Positions 9,168 to 19,506 of a DNA stretch of 64,000 bases are shown piece after piece; within the stretch, counting starts at the first letter, position 1; every line of letters begins with the position of its first letter. The notes beneath the pieces were generated by a model, which was given only the letters and a program-made list of their open reading frames with translations, did no database searches and had not been told where the DNA came from. Where the stretch lies: the NCBI GenBank assembly GCA_002320595.1, contig DCKB01000031.1:1443-65442 (forward strand). Direction: 5' to 3'. This stretch comes from Christensenella sp. UBA1685. GTDB lineage: Bacteria > Bacillota > Clostridia > Christensenellales > CAG-138. Both the position numbers and the translations under genes were made by a program.

Positions 9168-9315
9168 TGCGCTCTTCGCTCCTTTCACCTTCGCACTCCA
9201 GTATACCGCATCCCGCATGCATTCGCAAAAAACGTTACAATTTAAGGGGTGAAATTTCCGTGCATTTGTGTGATAATACTGCATGTATTGATTATCATAA
9301 TGAGGAGTTTTCACC

Positions 9316-10410
9316 TTGCACACTCTGGCAAAACATCCCTTTTCCGCATGGTGCGCATTGCTTTTTGCTTTCTGCGCGGCGCTGTTGTGTTCCGGCTGCG
9401 CCCCCGTTTCCGCTTCCGTAGCAACGCCTGCGTCCACGCCCTGCGCTTCCAGCAAGCCCGCTGCAGCGCCTGCGGAACCGGATTATGCAGCGCTTTCCGA
9501 ACGCGCGGATGCGGCGTTTCACGAAGCGTTTTCCATCGATTTTTCCACGTTTATGCTGCCGCAAATGCAGTATATTACTGATCTTATGGCGCAGCACGAC
9601 ACCTTCCTTGCCATGCGCAGCGCCATTGATGCCGCTGCGCACGCAGCGTTTGCGGAAGCATTTTGTGCCGTCAGCGGGGAATATGCAACATTGCCCGCCG
9701 GGCGAATCTCCGTCTCCCTTCCCAGCTGGCAGGAGTTGATGAGCCTATATCGCGCGCTTGGCGATGCGCTTGCCCCGGCTTTGGTTAAACGCTGCGAAAC
9801 AACGGCCGAACTCACTGCGCAAAGCATCTCCCTTTCCGTTTCGTTCGCGCCGTATGAATCGTTCGTCGGCACGAGCGGCGAGGCATTGTTCAGCTTTACG
9901 ACCCTGTATGCATACCTCAACACCGTTTACGATGATGTCGGCTGTGAGAAAGAATATGTGGACGAACCGCTGCCGGAAGCGTATCTTGCCACCCTTTCCG
10001 ATCCACTGCCCGGCCGCCGCATCAAGGACGGTTGGTATGGCCCGCGCTCCCGGAACACGCGTAAGCACACCGGCACAGACATCCGCGCCGCTGCGGACGA
10101 GCCAATCCTTTCCTGCACGGACGGCCTCGTCGTCTGCGTCGGAACGAGCGAGCTTGCGGGCAACTATGTTGTTGTGCTGGATGAATTCGGGTATGAGTAC
10201 CATTATTACCACATGATCCGCGTGACGGATTTCCTTACGGAAGGGGATCGCGTGCGCGCGGGCGATGTAATCGGCAACGTTGGGAACACGGGCAACAGCG
10301 ATGCCAACCACCTGCACCTTGCAATCGTCACACCCGAAAAAGCGTATATCAACCCTTATCCGGTTCTGCTCGCGGTGCGGAAGCTGGAAAAAGAAGCGCT
10401 GTCTCATTGA
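9316..10410 (+). CDS. Secreted/lipoprotein M23-family metallopeptidase
   Basis: Signal peptide with LCSGC lipobox-like motif; HTGTD, YYHM and HLH zinc motifs. Confidence 0.82.
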   Translation: MHTLAKHPFSAWCALLFAFCAALLCSGCAPVSASVATPASTPCASSKPAAAPAEPDYAALSERADAAFHEAFSIDFSTFMLPQMQYITDLMAQHDTFLAMRSAIDAAAHAAFAEAFCAVSGEYATLPAGRISVSLPSWQELMSLYRALGDALAPALVKRCETTAELTAQSISLSVSFAPYESFVGTSGEALFSFTTLYAYLNTVYDDVGCEKEYVDEPLPEAYLATLSDPLPGRRIKDGWYGPRSRNTRKHTGTDIRAAADEPILSCTDGLVVCVGTSELAGNYVVVLDEFGYEYHYYHMIRVTDFLTEGDRVRAGDVIGNVGNTGNSDANHLHLAIVTPEKAYINPYPVLLAVRKLEKEALSH

Positions 10411-10511
10411 CTCACCTCCTTTGGGAGGGTTTTCAGACAAAAGATAACCTGCAATGTCGGGAATTTCCCTTTGCGGTTTGATATACTGCTCTCACAGCAG
10501 GAGGTGCCGTC

Positions 10512-11372
10512 ATGGTATGGGCAGATGCAATTGGGCAGGCAATCGCATACATTGAATCGCACATCGCGGACGAGCTTTCCGTCGGTGAAATTGCAAAGCA
10601 GGTCAACCTTTCTCCGTTCTATTTTCAGAAGGGCTTCAGCCTGCTCTGTGGCCTCACCGTAATGGAATACATCCGCAAGCGCAGGCTCGCACTCGCCGGC
10701 AGCGAGCTGGTTTCAAGTGATGCGAAGGTCCTTGACGTCGCGTTGAAATACGGCTATGATTCCCCCGACAGCTTCGCAAAAGCTTTTGCCCGGTTTCATG
10801 GGACGACGCCCGCCATGGCGCGCAAGGACGGCACAACGCTCAAATCCTTCGCTCCGCTGAAAATCAAACTATCGTTGGAAGGTGGATATCTTATGGATTA
10901 CAAAATTGTACAAAAGGACAGTTTTACCGTGCTCGGCGTTTCAAAAACATTTTCCTATGAAAACGCCAAAGCGGAAATCCCAAAGTCTTGGAATGAGTTT
11001 TTTGCCGCAGGAAACGGCAAGTACGTTTGCGGCATGTATGGTGTCAACCATGACAAGGACATGGCAGGCGACCGGTTTGAATACCTCATCGCCGACAATT
11101 ACAACCCGGCGGCAGATGTGCCCGAAGGCTTCGTCACAAAGGTGATCCCCGCCTTTACCTGGGCCATATTCCCCTGCAAGGGCGCAATGCCCACCGCTTT
11201 GCAGGAGACCAACCGGAGGATCTTTTCCGAATGGCTTCCGGCCTGCAAGGACTATGAGATCGCGGCGGGATACTGCATTGAGCTGTACGGCGATCCCAAG
11301 GAGTATCCGGGCGGCGTGCAGGATGAAAACTATTCCTGCGAGATGTGGATCCCGGTAAAAAAGAAGCAGTAA
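10512..11372 (+). CDS. AraC-family regulator with C-terminal GyrI-like effector domain
   Basis: AraC double HTH (YGYDSPDSFAKAFARFHG), then WAIFPCKG, IFSEWLP and EMWIPV. Confidence 0.9.
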   Translation: MVWADAIGQAIAYIESHIADELSVGEIAKQVNLSPFYFQKGFSLLCGLTVMEYIRKRRLALAGSELVSSDAKVLDVALKYGYDSPDSFAKAFARFHGTTPAMARKDGTTLKSFAPLKIKLSLEGGYLMDYKIVQKDSFTVLGVSKTFSYENAKAEIPKSWNEFFAAGNGKYVCGMYGVNHDKDMAGDRFEYLIADNYNPAADVPEGFVTKVIPAFTWAIFPCKGAMPTALQETNRRIFSEWLPACKDYEIAAGYCIELYGDPKEYPGGVQDENYSCEMWIPVKKKQ

Positions 11373-11386
11373 GCCGTATATGGGCG

Positions 11387-11421
11387 GTGCGCCCCGGGCG
11401 AAAGGCCGGGGCGCACTTTTT
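11387..11421 (+). terminator. Intrinsic terminator
   Basis: GTGCGCCCCGG...CCGGGGCGCAC followed by TTTTT. Confidence 0.8.
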
Positions 11422-11492
11422 GTTTTCGGCTTGCGCGTTGCCGCACGATGCTTTATGATAAAAGCACCAATTCGGTTCGGAGGCAAGACGCG

Positions 11493-13841
11493 ATGCAGGT
11501 TTTCCATATCAACACCAGGAACACGAGCCTTATTCTTGCGGCGCTGCCAAGCGGCCTGCTCTCCTGCCTGCACTATGGCGCACGCCTGCGCCTGCGGCAG
11601 GAGTATTCCGCCCTTCTCGAAAAGAAGGACGTTTGCTATGGCGACATGGTAGCATATTCAAGGGAGGATGCAGCCCTTGGGTTGGACGACGTCTGCCTCG
11701 CTTTTTCCACGCCCGGGCGCGGTGATTTCCGTGAGCCCATGGCGGAGATTCTTCTGCCCGATGGAAGCAGCACGACGGATTTCACCTTCGTTTCGCACGA
11801 GCTTCTTGCTGAAAAGCCGCCGCTTGCAGGGCTTCCTTCTTCTTATTGCGACGGCGGGAACTGCGAGACGCACCGTTTCACGCTGGAGGATTCTGCCGCG
11901 TGCCTGCGCGTGCGCCTGTTTTATGCCGCGTTTTACGAAAGCGATGTGATCGCCTGCCATGCGGAATACGAAAACCTGGGATCGGAGCCGGTTTCGCTTG
12001 TGCGCGCGATGAGCGCACAGCTCGACCTGCCGGATGCCGCGTTTGATTTCATCACGTTCACCGGCGCATGGGCGAACGAACGGCAGCGGCAGGACAAGCC
12101 GCTTTCCACCGGCGTGTATGTGAACGATTCCAAACAGGGCGCAAGCTCCTCCCGCGCCAACCCGTTCGTGATGCTCAAGCGCCGCGGCGCGGACGAACAT
12201 CAAGGCGAATGCTATGCCTTCAACCTCGTTTACAGCGGCAACCATGCTGAGATCGTGGAAGCGACGCACTTCGGCAAAACACGCCTGTTGCTCGGCATAA
12301 ACCCATTTGCCTTCCGCTGGCTCCTCGCCCCAGGCAAAACCTTTACGGCGCCGGAAGCGGTGATGGCCTTCTCCGCAGAAGGGCTTGGCGGCGTTTCCCG
12401 CTGCATGCACCGCTTCGTCCGGCACAACATCGTGCGCGGCGTCTGGAAGGAGCGGGAACGGCCCGTGCTCATAAACAGCTGGGAAGGCACTGGGATGGAT
12501 TTCGATGAACGCAAGCTTCTTTCCATCGCCAAAGTAGGCGCTGAACTCGGGGCCGAGCTTTTTGTGATGGACGACGGTTGGTTCGGCACACGAAATGACG
12601 ATACGCAGGCGCTTGGGGATTGGGTCATAAACCCGAAGAAGCTCCCCCACGGGCTCGATGGCCTGCAAAAGCGGCTCCGCGCGCTTGGGCTTGATTTTGG
12701 CATCTGGGTGGAGCCGGAAATGGTAAGTGAAAACAGTGCGCTCTTCCGCGCGCATCCGGATTGGGCCGTGCGGCAGCCCGGGCGCACGCCCTGCCTTGGG
12801 CGCAACCAGCTTGTGCTGGACCTTTGCCGGAAAGAGGTGCGGGAATACCTTGTGGATGCAATGACGCGAGTGTTTTCCGCCGCTGAAATTTCTTATGTAA
12901 AATGGGACAACAACCGCAACTCTTCAGACGCTTATTCCTCCGTGCTGCCGCCGGAGCGTCAGGGCGAATTCTTTCATCGCTACATGCTCGGGCTTTATGC
13001 GGTGCTCTCCGAGCTGACTGCGCGCTTTCCGAACATCCTGTTTGAATCCTGCGCTTCCGGCGGCAACCGATTCGATCTCGGCATGCTCTGTTACATGCCG
13101 CAAACCTGGACCAGCGACAACACGGACCCCATGTGCCGCCTCACCATCCAAGATGGCACAAGCTACGGGTATCCGCTTTCCACCCTCGGCGCGCACGTCT
13201 CGGCATCGCCCCACCAATCCACGCTGCGGCAAACGCCGGTGGAAACGCGCTTCAACGTTGCATCGTTCGGCCTGCTTGGCTATGAGATGGATTTGACGGA
13301 GCTGACCCCGTTCGACAGGAAATGCATTGCGGCGCAGGTCGCTTATTACAAGGCCCATCGCCGCCTGTTTCAGTTCGGCACATTCTACCGGGTGCGCACG
13401 CCGGAGCACGACAACCGCCCCGTCTGGCTTGTGGTGAGCGAGGATCGGCGCGAAGCCATAGCCTGCCTGTTCCAATTCCGCGCAGAACCGGCGCACACGC
13501 AGGATATTCTTCGCCTCACAGGCCTTAACGATGCGCTGCTTTATGAGATCGAAGGAAGGGCCCAGTATCTTTCGCTGCGTGCATTCGGCTCCCTTGTGAA
13601 GCATGCGCTGCCCGTGAAACTCAACGGGGAAGGCGCGCCGATGGCGATGCTCGCCGCCCGCTATCGCTTCCCGATGCCTGAGGAGCAGTATCTTGCCGGC
13701 GGGGATATGCTGCAAAAAAGCGGGCTCCGGCTGCGCCAACAGTTTGGCGGCATAGGGTACAATGACCGTCTGCGCATCCTTGGGGACAACGGCTCACGAA
13801 TGTATTATCTTCATGCAGTTGAGGACAGCGCGGCAAAATAA
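11493..13841 (+). CDS. Alpha-galactosidase, GH36
   Basis: INSWE, FVMDDGWFG, GIWVEPEMV, YVKWD, CASGGNRFD and WTSDNTD motifs. GGAGG RBS before ATG 11493. Confidence 0.93.
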   Translation: MQVFHINTRNTSLILAALPSGLLSCLHYGARLRLRQEYSALLEKKDVCYGDMVAYSREDAALGLDDVCLAFSTPGRGDFREPMAEILLPDGSSTTDFTFVSHELLAEKPPLAGLPSSYCDGGNCETHRFTLEDSAACLRVRLFYAAFYESDVIACHAEYENLGSEPVSLVRAMSAQLDLPDAAFDFITFTGAWANERQRQDKPLSTGVYVNDSKQGASSSRANPFVMLKRRGADEHQGECYAFNLVYSGNHAEIVEATHFGKTRLLLGINPFAFRWLLAPGKTFTAPEAVMAFSAEGLGGVSRCMHRFVRHNIVRGVWKERERPVLINSWEGTGMDFDERKLLSIAKVGAELGAELFVMDDGWFGTRNDDTQALGDWVINPKKLPHGLDGLQKRLRALGLDFGIWVEPEMVSENSALFRAHPDWAVRQPGRTPCLGRNQLVLDLCRKEVREYLVDAMTRVFSAAEISYVKWDNNRNSSDAYSSVLPPERQGEFFHRYMLGLYAVLSELTARFPNILFESCASGGNRFDLGMLCYMPQTWTSDNTDPMCRLTIQDGTSYGYPLSTLGAHVSASPHQSTLRQTPVETRFNVASFGLLGYEMDLTELTPFDRKCIAAQVAYYKAHRRLFQFGTFYRVRTPEHDNRPVWLVVSEDRREAIACLFQFRAEPAHTQDILRLTGLNDALLYEIEGRAQYLSLRAFGSLVKHALPVKLNGEGAPMAMLAARYRFPMPEEQYLAGGDMLQKSGLRLRQQFGGIGYNDRLRILGDNGSRMYYLHAVEDSAAK

Positions 13842-13905
13842 GCGGATATCATTAAGAAAACGGACCTGCGTTGCGGGGCCGTGGATGTTACGTTGGTTTG
13901 GCGCG

Positions 13906-14481
13906 TCAGGATGGTTCCGCTTGCGCTGCTGTGATCTTCTCCGCGCAATCCAGGTTGATTTGGGCGCAAAGCTGCGTCAGATACTCCGAAAAAGCAACCG
14001 CCTCGCTTCCATACGTAAAATTAAGTTCATACTCCAGCGGAATCCACGTTTTGATGTCCGCCTCATTGTGTTGAATCAAAGCCTCCATTTTGTCGAGCGC
14101 CTTGTACAGCTTTGCCTCCAGCGTTTCCTGTGCCGCCATCTCCGCAAACAGCCCGGTAAGCTCCGCACAGTAAGGCGCAGGCAGGCTTTTCAGCCATGCG
14201 TTGACCGCCTCATCCTCCGCGGCGCCGTCCGCATCCGTTTTTTGGAAAGCAGGGATATCCCCCGTAAACGTTTCGCCCAAGTCGTGGCAAAGGCACATCA
14301 GGATCACCTTCTCCGCGTTTGCTTCCGGGAATTCGTCCTTAATGAAATACGCCATCAGCGCAAGCCGCCATGTATGCTCCGCAACGCTTTCCCGCCGGCC
14401 TGTAGAAGTCCAGGAATGGCGCAGCGTGCACTTGAGCTTTTCCACGGTGTGCATCAGGTTAAGATAGGCTCGTATCTCCAT
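13906..14481 (-). CDS. HD-domain hydrolase (YfbR/HDDC2-like)
   Basis: RESVAEHTWR, HDLGE..TGDIP and ALDKME motifs. Confidence 0.85.
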   Translation of the reverse strand: MEIRAYLNLMHTVEKLKCTLRHSWTSTGRRESVAEHTWRLALMAYFIKDEFPEANAEKVILMCLCHDLGETFTGDIPAFQKTDADGAAEDEAVNAWLKSLPAPYCAELTGLFAEMAAQETLEAKLYKALDKMEALIQHNEADIKTWIPLEYELNFTYGSEAVAFSEYLTQLCAQINLDCAEKITAAQAEPS

Positions 14482-14520
14482 CGTTCGTCCTCCCCAAAAT
14501 GCAGGCGCACAGGAGCGCGG

Positions 14521-14895
14521 TTATTGCTTCTCCTGCCGGCGCATATGTTCCTTGATGCGTTCAAACGTAACGTCAGAAAGATCGTGCTCGATCCGGCAAG
14601 CGTCCTCCCGTGCCGTCTCTTCCTCCACGCCAAGGGCGATGAGCATATCCGTGAGCACCACGTGGCGTTCATAGATGCGCTCCGCAATCTCCATGCCTTT
14701 GGGCGTAAGCGTTAAAAAGCCCTCTTCATCCATCTCCACATAGCCGTTTTCCCGGAACTGCTTCATTGTGACGCTGACGGTCGGCTTTGTTACTTCCAGC
14801 CGGTGCGCCACATCCACAGAGCGCACCTGTCCCTTTTCCTTCCCGATGATCAGGATGCATTCGAGATAGTTTTCCGCGGCTTCCTGAATTTTCAT
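14521..14895 (-). CDS. DtxR/MntR-family metal-dependent regulator
   Basis: ENYLE, VTKPTVS, YERH and EDACRIEHDLS motifs. AGGAGG RBS. Confidence 0.9.
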   Translation of the reverse strand: MKIQEAAENYLECILIIGKEKGQVRSVDVAHRLEVTKPTVSVTMKQFRENGYVEMDEEGFLTLTPKGMEIAERIYERHVVLTDMLIALGVEEETAREDACRIEHDLSDVTFERIKEHMRRQEKQ

Positions 14896-14973
14896 GCCGG
14901 GCCTCCTCCTTTTCCCCGCGCTGCGGGAATCTTCTCGTTCCATGTTAGCATCTTGCCCCCGTTTTTGCAAGGC

Positions 14974-15005
14974 AAAAGCCCCCGCCCGAGGTGCGGAGGG
15001 CTTTT
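14974..15005 (-). terminator. Terminator downstream of malQ-glgP
   Basis: AAAAGCCC...GGGCTTTT hairpin with T-tracts on both strands. Confidence 0.7.
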
Positions 15006-15017
15006 GAAACCTTCTGT

Positions 15018-18000
15018 TTACAATTCCACCCGCGGCAGGTGCCAAAGTTCCTCGGCATACTGTTTGATCGTGCGGTCGCTTGAAAACATCCCCGCAGAAG
15101 CCGTATTCATCAGGCACTTGCGACCAAAGGCGAGGCTGTCCCTGTAATCCCGGTTGGCGCGCAGCTTTGCTTCCATATAAGGGTGAAAATCAAGCAACAG
15201 GTAATAATGATCCGGCGCATGCCAGCTTGCTCCAAACAGAAGCGAACTGTAAAGCTCGCGGAACGCGCCGGAATTGTCGTCGCTGAACGTGCCGTCGATG
15301 AGCGTATCCACCACGCGGCGCATGCGCGCGTCACCATCATAGAGTGCCTTGGGGTTATATGTATCCCGGATGCGGGCGATGTCCTCCACCCGTGCGCCGA
15401 AGATATAGTTGTTGTCCTCTCCTGCCTGCTCGACGATTTCAATGTTCGCGCCGTCATAGGTGCCGAGCGTAACCGTGCCGTTGAGCATGAATTTCATGTT
15501 GCCCGTTCCGCTTGCCTCGGTTCCCGCGGGCGAAATCTGCTCGGAAATATCCGCTGCGGGAATGATGTGCTCCGCATAGGAGCAGTTGTAGTTCTGCACG
15601 AATACCACGCGCATCTTATCCCGCATGTCCGGATCGTTATTGATGCGCTTTGCGATCTCGTTGATGAACTTGATGACGCTCTTTGCGCGCCAGTAACCCG
15701 GCGCAGCCTTCGCGCCAAAGATGAACGCTGTGGGCGTGAAGTCCGTAAGGGTCCCGTCCTTGAGGGAGAAGTAAATATCCAGAATGGAGAACGCATTCAA
15801 AAGCTGGCGTTTATATTCGTGCATGCGTTTCACCTGAATATCGAACACGAAATCCGTGGGCAGCTCCACACCCTCACGTTCCTTAATGATGGCAGCAAGC
15901 TGGCGCTTTTTCTGATGCTTTGCATCGTTGAAGCGGGCAATCAGGTCATCGTCAATCTTTTCACGCAGCGCGCCAAGCTCGTTGAGGTCGGTCAGGAATC
16001 CATCCCCAATCTGCTCCGCAATCAGCCCGGCGAGCTCCGGATTGCAGAGCCCGAGCCAGCGCCGCTGGGTAATGCCATTGGTTTTGTTTTGGAACCGGCG
16101 CGGATATACTTCATACCAGTCCCGGAACACATCGTTTTTCAGGATTTCCGTATGGATGCGCGCAACGCCGTTTACATACGTGGAAACATACACCGCAAGG
16201 CGCGCCATGTGGATGGTGTTATCCGCCACGATCTGCATCCGCGCGCGGCGTTCCTCGTTCACGCCTGCGGCACGCAGTTCCGCGTTCAGCTTGTCGTTAA
16301 TGCGGCAGATGATCTCGCCGAGTTTTGGCACAACGCTGTTAAACAGCTCAAGCTCCCATTTTTCAAGCGCTTCGCTCATGATGGTGTGGTTGGTGTAGGA
16401 AAATGTTTCCCGGGCGATGTCGAACGCCGCGTCAAACTCCAGCCCCTCAAGCATCAGAAGGCGGATCAGTTCCGGGATGGAAACGGTCGGATGCGTATCA
16501 TTAAGCTGCACGGCGCAATGCGCGGCAAACCCGGAAAAATCGCATGCGCCGTTCGCGCCACGCACTTTCTTATAACGCCGGATGATGTCCTGCACCGATG
16601 CGCTCGAAAGGAAATACTGCTGTTTGAGGCGCAAACGCTTGCCCGCATACGTGCTGTCGTTGGGGTAAAGCACACGGGTGATGTCCTCTACGGAGTTCTT
16701 TTCCCGCACCGCAAGCGCGTATTCCTGATCGTTAAACAGGCGGAAGTCAAATTCCTCAATCGGCTCGCTTTGCCAAAGGCGCAGCGTGCCAATGTTGCGC
16801 GTGCGGTAGCCGATGATAGGCATATCGTACGGTACGGCCAGCACCTTCTGGTCTGCAAATTCCACCGTCACAATCCTGTCGTCCCGCCTGCGGCTCCATG
16901 GGTCGCCGAAACGCTGCCAGTCATCCGCCTTTTCCACCTGATAGCCGTTTTCAAAGCTTTGCTTAAAGAGGCCGAACTTGTAGCGCAGGCCATATCCGTC
17001 CAGCGGAATGTTGTGCGTAGCGGCGCTGTCCAGGAAGCAGGCCGCAAGCCGGCCAAGGCCTCCGTTTCCAAGCGCTTCGTCTTCAATATCTTCCATAGCG
17101 GTAATATCTGCACCGCGTGCACGCAGCATCTCCCGGACTTCGGAAAGGATGCCAAGGCAGTACAGATTATTGAACACCATCCTTCCGACAAGGTATTCTG
17201 CGGAAACATAGTAAGCGCGGCGCACACGCTCATGGGCGCGCCGACTGTCCCGCCAGTCTCCCGAAAGTTCCATCATGACGGCTTCGGAAAGCGCGTTGTG
17301 GAGCTGCACCGTACTCGCTTCATGCAGTTCGATCTGATAATTGCTTTGGAGGGATTCCTCCATGCGCCGCAATATGTTTTTGCAATCCATGCGTTCTTCC
17401 TTTCGCTGTGTTCTTCTATATTGCTTGTTCAGGCGCAAAATGCGCGTCATAAGCGCGGCATCCGCCGCGCCGGGCAGCATCCGCCAGCGCCAGTTTCCGC
17501 CGAGCGTTGCGGGCTCGTTCATGCGAGCACCCGCGCCAAGGCGAAGATAATCCTGCATCGGAATGATGCAGAGGAGCGCGGCGCTTCCATACGCTGCGCG
17601 AATCAGCGCGCCGGCAATGTCGTCATCCTCCTGATGCATGCCGAGCTTTCTGCGCGCAAACGCCTTTTCCGCCGCTCCGGCGCCCGCCCACCATTCCACA
17701 GTGGTTGCATTATCATGTGTTCCGGTATAAAGCACCGTATTCGCGCCGATGTTTTCCGGCAGGTGCATATTGCGCTCATCCGAGTCATATGCAAATTGCA
17801 GCACCCGCATGCCCGGAAAGCCGGCTTCCTTCAGCAGCGCTTCCACTTCCGGCGTGATCACGCCAAGGTCCTCCGCCACAAGCGGGAGCTCCCCAAGCGC
17901 CGCACGCACGGCGCGGAACAGCTTCATGCCGGGGCCGGGCCTGTATTCGCCGCAAAGCGCGTTCGCCGCGCCTGCGGGTATGGCATAATACCGTGCAAAG

Positions 18001-18884
18001 CCGATGAAGTGATCAATGCGCAGCATGTCGAACATGCCGCACATCGCCCTGAGGCGCGCAATCCACCAGGCATAGCCTTCCCGCTCCATGGCTTCCCAAT
18101 CATAAATCGGATTGCCCCAAAGCTGCCCTTCGGCAGAGAAATAATCCGGCGGCACGCCCGCAACAAAGGATGGCCGCCGCGCTTCATCCATCAGAAACAG
18201 CTCCGGGTTTGCCCAAAGGTCCGACGAATCGGGCGCCACATAAATCGGCATATCGCCCAGAAGCTTCACGCCGCGCGCGTTTGCATAGGCCTTAAGCGCG
18301 CGCCATTGTTTGAAAAACAGATATTGCGCGAAACGGATGTACTGAATCTCTTCGGCAAGCAGCGCTCCGTAATGCGCCATGGCCGCAGGCTCCCGCAGGC
18401 GGATTGCCTCATCCGGCCATTCCTGAAAGGAAACGCCGCCAAAATGGGCCTTCACCGCCATAAACAGAGCATAATCCGCAAGCCATGGAGCTCCCTGCGC
18501 AAAGGCTCCCACTTCTTCTGCAAGCCTGCCGCCTGCGCGCGCAAACGCGCGGCGCAGCGCCGTGTCATGCGAAACTACAATGCGCCCATACTCCACGCTT
18601 GCCGGGTCAGAGCCAAACGCAATCCCCGCAAGATCTTCCTGCGCCAAAATCCCTTCCTGCACAAGAAGCTCGAGATCGATCAAATTTGGATTGCCTGCGA
18701 ACGTGGAAAACGCCTGATAGGGGGAGTCTCCATACCCCGTCGGGCCAACGGGCAGCACCTGCCAAACGCTCATCCCAGAATCCGCCACAAAATCCGCAAA
18801 TGCATACGCCGCGCGTCCCATCGCACCGATGCCATATGGCGACGGAAGCGAACTGATATGCAGTAATACGCCGCTCTTCCCCAC
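15018..18884 (-). CDS. malQ-glgP: Fused 4-alpha-glucanotransferase (GH77, MalQ) + glycogen/maltodextrin phosphorylase (GT35)
   Basis: N-half has SPYQ, RIDHF, AEDLG and GTHDN. C-half has LGNGGLGRLAACFLDS, QLNDTHP and EASGTGNMK. There is no stop between the halves. Confidence 0.92.
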   Translation of the reverse strand: MGKSGVLLHISSLPSPYGIGAMGRAAYAFADFVADSGMSVWQVLPVGPTGYGDSPYQAFSTFAGNPNLIDLELLVQEGILAQEDLAGIAFGSDPASVEYGRIVVSHDTALRRAFARAGGRLAEEVGAFAQGAPWLADYALFMAVKAHFGGVSFQEWPDEAIRLREPAAMAHYGALLAEEIQYIRFAQYLFFKQWRALKAYANARGVKLLGDMPIYVAPDSSDLWANPELFLMDEARRPSFVAGVPPDYFSAEGQLWGNPIYDWEAMEREGYAWWIARLRAMCGMFDMLRIDHFIGFARYYAIPAGAANALCGEYRPGPGMKLFRAVRAALGELPLVAEDLGVITPEVEALLKEAGFPGMRVLQFAYDSDERNMHLPENIGANTVLYTGTHDNATTVEWWAGAGAAEKAFARRKLGMHQEDDDIAGALIRAAYGSAALLCIIPMQDYLRLGAGARMNEPATLGGNWRWRMLPGAADAALMTRILRLNKQYRRTQRKEERMDCKNILRRMEESLQSNYQIELHEASTVQLHNALSEAVMMELSGDWRDSRRAHERVRRAYYVSAEYLVGRMVFNNLYCLGILSEVREMLRARGADITAMEDIEDEALGNGGLGRLAACFLDSAATHNIPLDGYGLRYKFGLFKQSFENGYQVEKADDWQRFGDPWSRRRDDRIVTVEFADQKVLAVPYDMPIIGYRTRNIGTLRLWQSEPIEEFDFRLFNDQEYALAVREKNSVEDITRVLYPNDSTYAGKRLRLKQQYFLSSASVQDIIRRYKKVRGANGACDFSGFAAHCAVQLNDTHPTVSIPELIRLLMLEGLEFDAAFDIARETFSYTNHTIMSEALEKWELELFNSVVPKLGEIICRINDKLNAELRAAGVNEERRARMQIVADNTIHMARLAVYVSTYVNGVARIHTEILKNDVFRDWYEVYPRRFQNKTNGITQRRWLGLCNPELAGLIAEQIGDGFLTDLNELGALREKIDDDLIARFNDAKHQKKRQLAAIIKEREGVELPTDFVFDIQVKRMHEYKRQLLNAFSILDIYFSLKDGTLTDFTPTAFIFGAKAAPGYWRAKSVIKFINEIAKRINNDPDMRDKMRVVFVQNYNCSYAEHIIPAADISEQISPAGTEASGTGNMKFMLNGTVTLGTYDGANIEIVEQAGEDNNYIFGARVEDIARIRDTYNPKALYDGDARMRRVVDTLIDGTFSDDNSGAFRELYSSLLFGASWHAPDHYYLLLDFHPYMEAKLRANRDYRDSLAFGRKCLMNTASAGMFSSDRTIKQYAEELWHLPRVEL

Positions 18885-18898
18885 GGTTTCCTCCTCAT

Positions 18899-18912
18899 TG
18901 AAAACGTTTTCA
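18899..18912. promoter_or_regulatory. LacI-family (cre/MalR-like) operator
   Basis: Perfect palindrome TGAAAACGTTTTCA abutting the malQ RBS. A second LacI-like site, GCAAAACCGATCCGC, lies at about 18937-18950. Confidence 0.75.
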
Positions 18913-19049
18913 GTACAGGGTATAGTGTAGCATACGCAAAACCGATCCGCAATTGTTAAAATCGTTAAGCCATGATCATAAGGCGGTTGACAAAGCGATG
19001 GCTTCCATCAGATAATAAGAAACAAAACAGGATGGGAGAACTTTCCAGA

Positions 19050-19502
19050 ATGACGCGGGAAGAAGTGACTTCCGCAGCCGGGCGTGAGTTTCAGGCCCTG
19101 CTGCACATTTACAACCTTTGCATGCAGCGCACGCTGAGCAAATACGGCCTTTATCCGGGCCAGCCGCAGCTGCTGTTTGCCGTGCGCACGCTCGGCACGC
19201 CAACGCAGAATGAGCTTGCAGAACAGCTTGCCATCAGCAAGGCCTCCGTGGGTGTTTCCGTGCGCCGGCTGGAAAACACAGGCTTTGTAAAGCGCGTTCG
19301 GGATAAAAAGGATACCCGCTGCATCCGCATCGCCCTCACGCAGAAGGGGCAGGATTACGCCCGGTGGTGCGACATTGATTTTGAAATGTTTTTCACCACT
19401 CTTTTAGAGAATTTTTCCGGCGACGAGCGTGCGGATGCGCTCGACATGCTTGAGCGCATGAACAAAAGCATGCGCGCCTTCCGGGAAAGACTGAAGAGCT
19501 GA
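19050..19502 (+). CDS. MarR-family regulator
   Basis: TQNELAEQLAISKASV..SVRRLE..GFVKR..D.R...IALT winged HTH. Confidence 0.88.
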   Translation: MTREEVTSAAGREFQALLHIYNLCMQRTLSKYGLYPGQPQLLFAVRTLGTPTQNELAEQLAISKASVGVSVRRLENTGFVKRVRDKKDTRCIRIALTQKGQDYARWCDIDFEMFFTTLLENFSGDERADALDMLERMNKSMRAFRERLKS

Positions 19503-19506
19503 TAAA

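Noticed and set aside
15183-18866. Very long antisense ORFs (1227 aa here; also 6235-8094, 24494-26218, 50016-51608, 57480-59999)
   Set aside because: They shadow well-supported genes on the opposite strand and carry no recognisable motifs. This is expected from codon bias in GC-rich DNA.
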